Assembly: GCA_946965045.2 (NCBI GenBank)
Contig: OX337231.1
Coordinates: 3,100,001-3,164,000, forward strand
DNA: 64,000 nt
Direction: 5' to 3'
DNA from: Epithemia pelagica
Taxonomy: Eukaryota > Protista > Bacillariophyta
Positions 53,729 to 64,000 of this stretch are shown here, piece after piece. Every line of letters starts with the position of its first letter. The stretch's first letter is position 1. Both the position numbers and the translations under genes were made by a program. A model generated the notes under the pieces. That model was not told where the DNA came from, searched no databases, and saw nothing but the letters and a program-made list of their open reading frames with translations.

Positions 53729-54227
53729 ACCCTTTAGCCTGAGTCGTGACATCACGCGTGGCAACTTCAGACGTGAAGTCATTCTAAAGGCGACGTTGCA
53801 GTTGACTGCAATGGTCCACTTCGCATATCATCAGTGACAAAGCTTGTTCACTCATCTTAGGATCACCATTCTTGCTGAGCTTCGCGTGCCGAACCAGCAA
53901 CAAGGCACCCATGTAAAGCCACCAGCTGTTGAAAATATTTTGCACTCGCTCGGCGGGGAGGCTACCGCCAATTCAGCACAGTTTCGTTTTCCCTTCATAT
54001 GGGACTAGCGAAACATATCACCATTTAGAGATAACGTTGTTTTTGTTTTTAGAACAAACGTGTTTCTTCATTTTGTGGCCGTCGGGGCACCAGTGATGGC
54101 GCCTCAATAAAGGACTACAGTTATGATTATGTTCTATTCTAAAATCAATTATACCAGAGAACACATCATCTCAGGGAACGGTACGTTAGATGCGAAACAA
54201 GCAACTTCTAAGGAAACAAAAGCGTTG

Positions 54228-57072
54228 CTAGCTGCTCGAGTCTAAGCCCAAACTTGATGAGGCTTCTTGAGGTGAGGGCAGTTCTTTGCTCACATGAAGA
54301 AGATGCGTAACTTCATCAGCAGCATTCGTAAGTGGGTAAGAGCAGACAAATTCGATAAAGTCTCTTCCCTCCTTGTCGTAGTGAATATTGGTGGAACAGG
54401 CACACCGGCCTCGTGCCACTTCGTCCAACTTGTGGTGTGGTCTACCTGGCCGCACGGAGGCGGCCTCAACAGTACCTTCGCCTTCCAACAAGCCCAAGTA
54501 TTCTCTTCCTTCTACTTCCATTTGTGTATATCCAGTTGTTCTGGTCCAAACCTCATTCACATTGACTATCAGGAAAGGAGGTTTGGCCAATGTTATAACA
54601 AGGGCATCAGATGTGCTCGGAGTCAGAGCCATTTCAAGACTCCCAGGAATAATTTGTGCTGATCCCTCATTACCACTGGCACGTTCAAGCTGCTGCATGA
54701 AGCCCATAGCATCGTAGACTAACTCAAGACTCTGCAGCTTGTTTCGAGACGAGAAGTGTGCTCGAAGCATTCCAGGCATAACACATTCTGACAGAGCCCC
54801 GCATAGAACGGCGTTATGAGAACGAAAGACAAAAGGGCACATCAGGATATCTTCCATAAGTATCATGTCGTCTTCGTTGAGGTGATATTGCGCTCGGATT
54901 TGGGGTATTTTTGGATCTCCAGAGCTACTGGACGACCCCTCACCCATATCGCCAGAGATAACGGCAGGCTGATGATGAGAAGAACTGTGGTTGCCTTCAA
55001 CTGTCCTCGCAACAGTGGTGAGTGCCGCTCTTGGAGCACTACGTTTCTTCCCAATCCCAGCGAATGGTGGTAGAGCAACAGCGGGTGCCATGTTGAGGCG
55101 GGAATTTGTATTCTCAGAAGCTGGCAATTTGTCTGGCCTAACAGAATGACCAATTCCTCCCTTTTTCGCAATGTTGGAAGGTAGCGCAACTTCACGGCCA
55201 CCATCGCGTGCGCTCGCTTGGTCAGAACTTGGATCTTCATTCAATTTTCTCTTTTTGGCTGCCCGGGCGTCGGCAACTGCTCCGGTCGTACTATCGTCTC
55301 CCGAAGAAGAGTCCGTGCTAACACGTTTGGTATCGCCATTCGAGCAGGTATTGGAGCTCCCGTTTGAGCTCCCATTCGATTCCTCCGGTGACTCATCATG
55401 TTCTGAGTCGTTTAGTTTATGATCAGGCAGTGGCCTTGCGTGGTAGTCATGAAAGTCCTTGGTCCCAATCTGTTTCTTCCTACTTTCATTGCTGCTTCCA
55501 CTTGATGAACTCACTTTGTTTGCCTGGCCACTTGCCTCTGACTGTTTCGTTATTGTCCTCGTTGCCGCAGGCTTTCCCCCTCTGGAATCTTCACCACTTG
55601 ACGAAAACTGATTCGATGACCCTGAGCTCGAGGATAAGCTCGAGATTGTATGCTGCAAGCGGCTATCTTGCTTCCGGATACAAAATGGCATTTTCTTGTT
55701 TTTCCCCCGATTTGCAGATTCAAGAATGGTAAACTCTTCTCTCTTTATTTGCATCCATCGCTGACTCCTCGAACCAATCCCCTCTATCATTACAGACAAG
55801 CTTGCGGCATCATACTCCATTGCGTCGATTCCTTTCGAGACACGACACTCCTAGGGAGGGAACAGCGCAGTAAAAGTCACACATAAGGTCTGGACTTCCA
55901 GCGAGGTCAAGATGCTGACACATGCATGAAATCGGAGAAGCGCTACTCACCTGTTGGATTTCAGCTCGTCGGAAGGATCGGTAGGGGGTAACGGGTTGTT
56001 TGAGCCAGAACTCATCTTCCAATATTGTTCCCCATTTCCGACTATCCGTCTCGTGGCTGGCATGAAAACGCAAGAAATTCCGAACAACATTGCGTCGCAC
56101 GTTTTGCTTTTCGGCCAAATGCTGGATAGCTACTCGTCGTTGTCGCACTTCTTCCGTTCTCTCAGCATGAAGGCACTCAACTAGTTCCTTGAGCTTTTGC
56201 ACGTATGCTTTCTTTCGTAATCTTGTCGAACGTGCGTGCTCACGATTTCGATCGCGATTCTGTTTGGCCTTCTCTTCCGGTGTCAAATCTGCCCGGTTTG
56301 TCCGGGCTTTCTTTTCTTTTTCACTGTTTGCCGCAGGAGCGGCCACCCCCGTGGCGTTTGATGGTGCTGCTCCTGATTGAAAACCCGGAATAAGGGCAGA
56401 TGCAGGTGGTTGAGCGGTGGATTGAGCAGTGTTGGAGACGGGTATGTTGTATGGTGCTAGTGGCGGGGGTTGTAGACTTGGTGCAATAGGGGTAGGTCCA
56501 GACTGCTGCGACCCTCCAGGCTGGGCACCAGGTTGAGGAGCTGAAACAACGGAAGACAGATTATTGTTGTTGCTGTTGCTGTCATTTCCCATCAACGAAG
56601 CTGTCGGTGGCATTGCAACTCCAGCCGGTAGCGTCACCAGACCCGTCGGGTTTGATGCTCCTGCCTGTGCGTTTGGCCCTCCCAATGCATTTGCTGGCTG
56701 TTGTTGTGTTGAGGGTGCGCTTAGGTTTCCAGCGGATAAGGCAAAAGCTTCCGGCATGGAAAGGAACGCACCAGGATTGGAGAGCATCGCAGCTGGGGGG
56801 AACAGTGGTGACGCAGCTGCTGCAGCGGCAAGTGCTGGGTTAGTCATGAGATTCATCATCAGCGGGGTTGCCATCGCAGTCGTCGCAGCACTACGTTGTT
56901 GTTGTGTCATGTTCTGGCCTCCGGCAAGAGCGCCAGCGTCTGCAACAACGACTGGCATCACGCTTTGGGCTCCAATCTGGGCTTGAACCCTTTGTTGTTG
57001 TATATTTTGTTGTGGCTGCATATTGTTTGAAGAAGACATCCCATCGACGCTTTTGGAAGTTTGATGGTCCAT
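54228..57072 (-). CDS. bZIP-PAS transcription factor; 2 exons
   Basis: Exon 57072-55951, intron 55950-55851 (GTGAGT...CCCTAG), exon 55850-54228. bZIP QNRDRNREHARSTRLRKKAYV; C-terminal PAS-like region ITLAKPPFLIVNVNEVWTRTTGYTQMEVEG...NIHYDKEG. Confidence 0.87.
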
Positions 57073-57276
57073 GGTAAAGCATGTCAAATGTTTTTGGGTT
57101 TGGTTGTTCTGGTTTGCATTTTGTGGGACGCAACCACTAGAAACAGGCGTTCGGAATGACGCACAGATTGATGGGTCCTCATGAAATATATTTAACAAAT
57201 ATCTGACACGGAATTGTCTCATCAATGTCTCTGTCTTCTCTGTGATCACCGGCAAAGAAATCGATGATGCGAGAAT

Positions 57277-58539
57277 ATTCGCCATTATTTCCCCTCCATA
57301 TTGGTGAGGCGGCCAGACCAAATTTGGTCGCGTGTACTGGACACGTGCTAGGGAGAGCTTGCTCTCAAACAGGGTGGCTTTGCCAGCTCTCCAACTGCCA
57401 GCAAGCGGCCCTGCGTGCATGACGGTTGGTTGTTTCATAATGCCGGACAAGCACACAACACACAATCCTTTTCTCTTGCCAAAGCACATCGCATTAATGG
57501 CATTCCAGGTGAGCTTAATCCATTGCGGATTGCCATGACTTGTCGCTTTTGCTTGCTCTGCTCATTGGACGAGAGTCTGCTCATCTGCTGTGTCTCTGGC
57601 TCAGCAGCTCATTACTTGCCATTGTTCATTTCTGTCGAAATGAGACCCATAACTTTCATTGCATTTATCCACAGACTATAAACCTTCTTTTCTTTATTTC
57701 CTAGAAATAGAACTCAAGTGCTAGCCATCTATAGAGTTTAGTGCCTTCTGTTTTCGTGTTGTACATCTGTTTTCTGTTTGGAGCACGTCAATGACCCTCA
57801 GTTGCACCATGAACACATGACAGAGCAGCTCTTACAAGCTTGTACAGCTACAAATTGAATCATTCGCTGTTTGACTCTCGATCTAGGAGCAGATAATTAG
57901 AAAGTAGGGTGTGGGAGGAGCAAGATGGAGCCATCTACTTGAAGCAAAAACAACAAAATGTTTGGTCGTTGAGAAATGATTGAGAATGATGCTACAATAT
58001 GAATAGTGAATCATCTATCCTACAGAAGACATGAAAGTAACAAACCAGCCAACAGTCAAACAACAAAAGAATTACAAGAAGGGGAAAGGAAAAGATATTC
58101 CACTCGACCATAAGCAGCTTATACCTAGTCTACTCGTACAACATGAGACAAAACCAAAGGATCATGCATGAACAAAAGGAAAGATTGCAGCAGTGATGAG
58201 TAAGAAGAAAGAAAAGGAGACAACAAGATTAGAAATAAGCAGCAGTAGTGAGAAGTTAGAAGTGATTCAGCCCAGCATGATCCGTCCATGATTCTTACCT
58301 CACGTCATGGTCAAGCATTTGCCAGGGTTTTGGGTTTTGTGACAGACGAGAGCGAGAGGGTTGTCCAAATTTATGAGCATTCGTCTCAAACAAGGACGCA
58401 AGCCGACCTTGATGTAACGGTGTTAGCAATTAGAGATACTTAGAGCTACCTGAAGCAGTGGCGGGCGACATTGAAAACAGGATAGGGTTGGGGATTTGTC
58501 TGGCCGCCTCACCAATATGGAGGGGGTATAATGGCGAAT
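57277..58539. repeat. Pair of about 46-bp inverted repeats 1.2 kb apart (57277-57323 and 58494-58539)
   Basis: ATTCGCCATTATTTCCCCTCCATATTGGTGAGGCGGCCAGACCAAAT versus ATTTGTCTGGCCGCCTCACCAATATGGAGGGGGTATAATGGCGAAT; reverse-complementary with 2 mismatches and 1 gap. Confidence 0.85.
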
Positions 58540-58789
58540 GCGGATGATGTTTGTGTTTTCTCAATGACATCATAGGTTTCTGAATCTGCCTTCGGCCTGT
58601 TTATTGGTCCAAGATATTTGGTCCCGCTCGGCCCATGTCTCATCAGAATTCCCCATCGGAATTCATGGGCCTTTTGTTCTATTGCTCAGCACAACCTATC
58701 ATACACAATAATTAATTATTTATTGTTATCACAGAGAGTTAAAGCGACGAGTTGTTGGAGGAGTAGTCTGTTTCGGGCGCCAACTCTTA

Positions 58790-59532
58790 TACCTCCTAGC
58801 GGGGGTGGCTTATAGGGTGTAATTTCTCTGAGCCACCCCCATACCTATTTGCCAAAAATAACCTGTTTCCAGTCGGCCGGCATATCTCATTTCCTCCACC
58901 ACGATAACAACACGGGCCATGGTGTTGCACAGGTTGTTGTGCACCTATTTGGACTTGTGAAACCTGTCTTCCTAGTCATAGACCTCAAACCAATAGTGCA
59001 GAATGCATCGGCATCACCAAAATTTAAAGGTTAAGGCCATTATGCATCAGACTCATAGGCGCCATGCCTCGTGGCACAGGTACGGAAGCGACGTCTTGCC
59101 ATTTCGTACGAAGCAACTCAAATGGACTATATGGCTCTTATCTTGCATTGTTTGGACACCTATTGGTACACAATACACATCACAGTAGTAGTTACACAGT
59201 GTATTGATAGCAAAACAGCAACTCTAATGTATGTTCACGCCATCATGGTCTCCTTTTGTGCCGTATTACAGCGTCACTGTATTGGTCATTTCCTCGAATG
59301 GCCCGCATGCACTGTGCCCCTCCCAATGCACTGCCATGGTGCCGATATGAAGCATGTGATGGTCGGATCATGATGGGGTGGCCGTAGGAGGTCACCAGCA
59401 ACGACAAAGTTTGATTGCCGTGTTGTTATCGCGGTGGAAGGAATGAGATATGCCGGCCGACTGGAGCCAGGAAAAAGGTATGGGGGTGGTTCACAGAAAC
59501 TACAACCTCAAAACCATCCTCGCTAGGGGGTA
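58790..59532 (+). mobile_element. Non-autonomous Mutator-like element (MITE), copy 2, 743 bp
   Basis: About 15 substitutions plus a 2-bp indel relative to copy 1 (eye count); degenerate 9-bp TSD CCAACTCTT (58780-58788) / CCAAATCCT (59533-59541). Confidence 0.88.
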
Positions 59533-59726
59533 CCAAATCCTAGTACAGAATGCTCCCCCTCTACTGCAAACTGCACACCCCTTTTTCTCCCTCCAACTCC
59601 AAAAAGGAGAGAAGCTCCCATGAAAACCGTTCCAAAACCACGGGCTGTATCTATCCAGTTTGAGTATGGCAGTCTTTTCTATTGATGCTCTTCTATCTAT
59701 GATCCTTTTACTTGTCTGATAGCGAT

Positions 59727-60407
59727 ATGTACAGGCCGACCAAGCGCCAGCGCCTAAATGCTCCACCCTCGTGGATGGATGTTGGAAGTTTGGAGGTCGT
59801 GATAGGATGTGGAGACAACACTATGGCTACACGGTCCAAAATCGAACATCATCCAGTTCTTCTGAAGACCCCGCTTTTGGATAATGTTTCTTGTGATATC
59901 TTTCTGGACAGGTTCCGTAAGGAAATTACCATCCCCTTCCGAATCAATCTTTCACGGAAAGTTGATCGTCTCTCCAAAGATGTGCAGCTCCACCGAACTG
60001 TTTTCATGCAGCGAGTTACAGTTGGGGTCAATACATGTGCAAAAATTCTTGAAGGGGAAGTTTCATCGTTATCTATTAAAAATGATGAAAAAGAGGGAGT
60101 CGGTGCGGGCGGGGTAAATAAAGTTCGATCCGTGCCGATGTTGGTTGTCCTGGTAAACACTACAACCGCGGAGGATACGTTGTGTTTGGCTCATATCGTT
60201 TCACTCTGCCATTCATGCAAGGTACCCATTCTACTTCTTCCGTCGAAATCAGGTGCAACTACAACGTCTCTGGGAAGAGCCTTGGGTATCCGCCGAGCAT
60301 CAGTTATCACATTCCTGTCCCAAGGTGATGCGCAAGAATGTCCAAAGATGCAATCCGGTATGGACTCTTTTATCAAACATTGGCTGGGTATGGTACGAAC
60401 GACGTAG
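59727..60407 (+). CDS. L7Ae/L30e-family protein (RNase P/MRP Rpp38/Pop3-like)
   Basis: VTVGVNTCAKIL...LVVLV...LAHIVSLCHSCKVPILLLP...LGRALGIRRASVI; probable ATG at 59727. Confidence 0.7.
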   Translation: MYRPTKRQRLNAPPSWMDVGSLEVVIGCGDNTMATRSKIEHHPVLLKTPLLDNVSCDIFLDRFRKEITIPFRINLSRKVDRLSKDVQLHRTVFMQRVTVGVNTCAKILEGEVSSLSIKNDEKEGVGAGGVNKVRSVPMLVVLVNTTTAEDTLCLAHIVSLCHSCKVPILLLPSKSGATTTSLGRALGIRRASVITFLSQGDAQECPKMQSGMDSFIKHWLGMVRTT

Positions 60408-60603
60408 TTTTCTTTTCCTAGAAGGAAAATAAGGAATGGGTCCAGTTTAGGATTTTCGCCCTAAGAATGTAACGACCTAAACAAATACAAAACAACAACA
60501 TATGCCTTAGCTTGAACGCTGTCTTTCTAGTTGGCGCTGCTTATGTTGTTCTAAAAATTCCGCCAGCATGGAACCGCAACGAGGTCAAGAGGCTGTGAAA
60601 GAG

Positions 60604-61246
60604 TTATGATTCGTCAATCCAAGATTGTTCCACGATTTCCCGGACTCGTCGATTGTATTCACGTCGATTTTCGTTGTACAAACGACTTGCTTCGGAATTG
60701 GCTGGACTGGCAGGATTGGGATCGCACAAGAGAGACTGAATTGATGTCAAAATGGCCGAAATGTCGTATATCGGAGACCACTGATTTTGCAATATGTCCA
60801 GGCAAATTTGCCCGTCATTATAAATATTTGGATGGAACATTTTGGTTAGAAACCGGACCGCCGGTGCTTTGTTGGGATAGTCTTCCGTAAATTCCAAAAC
60901 TAGTTTGAACGTTCCACCTTCCCATGGTGTATCATCCGGTCCAAAGATCACAGCCTGCCAGAGCATGATGTTGTTGTCCATTGGCGCACCTGTAACACCT
61001 GAAGGCGGGTCATTCTGGAGGCTGATTCGTCATGTGAACGGACTGGAGTGTGAGAAACACACTGTTCACGGTTGATGTCAAGTTCAACAGAAGTAATCAA
61101 ATCCACCTCAAGATGCGCGACGGATCATCATTCTTTAATGTCCGTCTGTGATGGAAGATGGAAGAACAATTTCAGAATAGTTCTCGACTGCTCGAAACTT
61201 ACCGTTTGAAATCACGCAGCAATCGGCGGCGAGCGCTTGTACTCAT
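60604..61246 (-). CDS. UBC2: Ubiquitin-conjugating enzyme E2, Rad6/UBC2; 2 exons
   Basis: Exon 61246-61203 ([14 protein letters not shown]), intron 61202-61022, exon 61021-60604 ([14 protein letters not shown]...[22 protein letters not shown]). Confidence 0.96.
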
Positions 61247-61654
61247 ATCAATTCAATATCAAGTGCGTCGTTAGAGTACAAGCAAGAAGTGTCGAAAGGT
61301 ATACTCCTTTGTTCGATCCAGGGACTGGAGGAGTTGGAAATTGGGGATGACAAGGAATTGTTGGGAAAGGAAGGCAACAGGCAACGCAAAATACAACGCG
61401 CAACCGCCAGCGTCCCGTGTCCAACAAAAGCCTCTCTTGTCTGTCGAAAATGGCCGGACGGACGGTTGGTCGGTCGTGTCGGTGCGCCATCCACAATATA
61501 GATCGTGAGTGGGGCCTGGGAATCATCTACCTCCTCCACCAGCATGCAAATCGGGGGACTAGACTATCTGTTCTCTGTCTAAGAAAAAATAGAGGTTAAT
61601 GTTGCTTCATTAACGCTAGTCCTATCCTTCTTTTTATCTAGAAGTACTCAGTAC

Positions 61655-63139
61655 CTAAGATGCCATGACATTCCAATCTTCCCGAAGCACCGGCATGAAG
61701 AACGTTGGTCCTCGACACCAGTCCAGTCCTTCCAAATCCGCACAGACGCTCTTCACTGAAGCCAGAGGCACTTTCTCGGTGATGAGAACAAAAGCGGCAT
61801 CGTCTCGACGAGTGACTGGGTTCTGTAAGATGGAGTGAATAGAAACATTGTGTTTCTCACAAATCTCTCCACACTGTCGGGTGATACCAACTTGGTCACG
61901 GTACTTGATCCGAATGTAGAAGAACGAATCGTAGTTGTTCACAAATTTTTTGTCCGTGGCCAGCGGGTTGAAGGGACAGGTATTGGAATCGCCCTTTGCC
62001 AGAGCCACAATGTCATTCATGACAGAATTGGCGGTAGGGAAACGACCGGCTCCTTGTCCAATATAGGTGGAGGCAATCAAGTTGGACGAGATCACTTCCA
62101 CAGCATTCGTCGCTCCACTCACAGTAGCCAACGTGTCTGTACCTGCTACGTAGCACGGGGACACGTAGGCTGCAATTTTGGTGTCACCGACTTCTGTGGC
62201 GACCCCGATAAGCTTGATGGTTCCACCCATCATTTTGGCGTATTCAAAGTCTAGCTTGGTCAAATCCGTGATTCCGCGACATGAGATCTCCTCTTCGTCC
62301 ACTTCCACACCAAATGCTAAACGCATTAAAATACGCAACTTGGAACGAGCATCGAATCCTCCAACGTCGAGGGTAGGATCAGCTTCCGCGTATCCCAAGC
62401 GACTAGCCTCGGCCAATGCATCATCATAGGACATCCCATCTTGGTCCATAGCTGTCAGCATAAAGTTCGTACAACCATTGATAATACCACTAAGCATTGT
62501 CACTTGATCGCCAGGGAAGTCCGATTGCATGGAGCGGATAACGGGGATTCCGCCGCAAACAGCCGCCTCAAAGCGGAACTCTACAGGAGTCTCACGTGAA
62601 GCGTTCACCTCCGCGAGAATATCTTCAATCTCTTGAAGATGTTTCGCAATCAGAGCTTTGTTGGCAGTCACTACATTCTTGCCCGACTGAATGGCTTTGT
62701 ACACAACAGTCTTTGCATCCGTAACGCCTCCCATTACTTCCACGACCGTATCGATCGAGTCGTCGTCCAAAATATCATCGTACTTGTCTGTGATGGCACC
62801 CACCATGGAGGTATCAAAATCGCGTGGTTTCTCTAAATCTCGTACACACAACTTGGCCACTTCGATCGAGACACCCGTCATTTCTTCGAGGTAACTGTTT
62901 TTCTTTTTCAAAATCTCCAAGATACCCCCACCAACAGTCCCTCCTCCAAAAATTCCCAACCTACATGTGCTGGTGGAAGGCTCTGCCGACAAGGACACAG
63001 ATGAAGTGTCACGAACAGTGTTCCCAACTGATCGTGAGAATGTTACGGGAGCTGTCGACAAGGGCGCGAAACCATGGGCTACATGGCTTGCCGCACTGAT
63101 GGCAAGAAACACCAAAGAGTAGCGTCCAAGCGCAGTCAT
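61655..63139 (-). CDS. hom: Homoserine dehydrogenase with C-terminal ACT domain, plastid-targeted
   Basis: GIFGGGTVGGG, VVTANKALIA, FEAAVCGGIP, NGCTNFML, GYAEADPTLDVGGFDA, GAGRFPTA; signal peptide ending HG-FAP from ATG 63139. Confidence 0.94.
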   Translation of the reverse strand: MTALGRYSLVFLAISAASHVAHGFAPLSTAPVTFSRSVGNTVRDTSSVSLSAEPSTSTCRLGIFGGGTVGGGILEILKKKNSYLEEMTGVSIEVAKLCVRDLEKPRDFDTSMVGAITDKYDDILDDDSIDTVVEVMGGVTDAKTVVYKAIQSGKNVVTANKALIAKHLQEIEDILAEVNASRETPVEFRFEAAVCGGIPVIRSMQSDFPGDQVTMLSGIINGCTNFMLTAMDQDGMSYDDALAEASRLGYAEADPTLDVGGFDARSKLRILMRLAFGVEVDEEEISCRGITDLTKLDFEYAKMMGGTIKLIGVATEVGDTKIAAYVSPCYVAGTDTLATVSGATNAVEVISSNLIASTYIGQGAGRFPTANSVMNDIVALAKGDSNTCPFNPLATDKKFVNNYDSFFYIRIKYRDQVGITRQCGEICEKHNVSIHSILQNPVTRRDDAAFVLITEKVPLASVKSVCADLEGLDWCRGPTFFMPVLREDWNVMAS

Positions 63140-63287
63140 CTTTGCGAATAGTATAGGGATTGATTGATTCTGTTTCAAACGTTGTATGAATGATGAATGT
63201 AGGGTATCGGTGGTGTCGCATTTATCTCAGCCGTACACTGACATGTGTGAGAAGCGTGAAGTCCAAGATCTTTCCACGCCCCCGATC

Positions 63288-64000
63288 TTACGGTAAGAGC
63301 GACTTCACTGATCGGGACTCAAGTATCCCAAGTCCCGCGTGGGGTACGTGGTACGTGGTCCCCCATCTAAACTGCACTTTGCGAGCACCTCCCTCAAGAG
63401 CTTTGTTGTCACGTTGGAGGTTCGTTTGCGGTGGATGGAGAGCGGTTGTTTGTCTTCTTGCAATCACGTCCACAACGCATCTCCTCTCATGCCAACCACG
63501 TCCAGCAGTATGGAACATGCACAAACTCATTGAATTCTTCACACTGCCAGAGTCTTCCCCTTCGTCTCATAAAATTGACTGCACACAACAGTTTGGTTGA
63601 CGTGCTCTTCAAATCCATCGACAACAAGCTTTTTCTGCCAGTTTCTTTGTTTCCTGCCACGAGCGCTTGCATTGGTGCTCGACATTCCGTGCGGGTGAAA
63701 TGACGGGCTCAGTGGACGGATCAGTCTGGCCTTCCCCAACGTTGATGTCGGCTCTATTATTTGTGGGAGGAAATGCGTTGTGGTACTACGTACAGTCGTC
63801 CCACGACAACGACGAGAACGGAAGCAGCAATGACTCGGACCAAAATGAATGGTCCTTCTATCTACAGAAACGATTTGAACACAGAATGTCCTATTCATCG
63901 TTTCCAATGCCCTCAAAGTCGGAACAGTTCCAGGACCAAAATGCGAATGACAATGGCTATCACATTGATGCAGAGGAACAGCAACAATGTGAAGACGACG
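63288..64000 (-). CDS. Probable 3' part of an unidentified gene running off the window end
   Basis: The minus frame of ORF 63916-63539 stays open to position 64000, and a second frame (63542-63288) abuts it; no family recognised. Confidence 0.3.

Noticed and set aside
57073-57489. 139-aa N-terminal extension of ORF 57489-55810
   Set aside because: Composition is not protein-like, it runs through the inverted-repeat arm, and a better ATG context exists at 57072.
1-64000. Prokaryotic systems (CRISPR, operons, phage), rRNA and tRNA genes
   Set aside because: No repeat-spacer array, no rRNA-like or cloverleaf sequence recognised; spliceosomal introns throughout indicate a eukaryotic nuclear locus.

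Overview
Gene-dense eukaryotic nuclear DNA, most likely from a pennate diatom. The evidence is short GT-AG introns, bipartite signal+F plastid-targeting presequences, a diatom-type (CoDi-like) copia element and diatom-type bZIP/CRAL-TRIO/PLAC8 proteins; the species cannot be determined from sequence alone. About 22 host genes are present. They include HIBADH, EMG1, a FAD monooxygenase, a Cfp1/Spp1-like PHD protein, a bromodomain protein, an MsrB-like protein, a HAD hydrolase, a START protein, NAXD, three bZIP-type factors, an L7Ae protein, UBC2/RAD6, plastid homoserine dehydrogenase and a roughly 2,830-aa IQ-repeat/PLAC8 fusion. The centre (28.6-39.3 kb) is a nested transposon cluster. An intact 9.8-kb Ty1/copia element with identical 732-bp LTRs is inserted into the terminal repeat of an older Mutator-like element, next to a 741-bp Mutator-like MITE that has a second copy at 58.8-59.5 kb. 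The copia element is the most unusual object, for three reasons. (1) About 930 aa, including a multi-pass hydrophobic block, lie between the Gag zinc knuckle and the protease. (2) Its termini are not TG...CA. (3) An ATG mini-exon with a perfect splice donor inside the LTR could be spliced across the primer-binding site into an ATG-less 94-codon extension of the gag frame. No rRNA, tRNA or CRISPR features were recognised.
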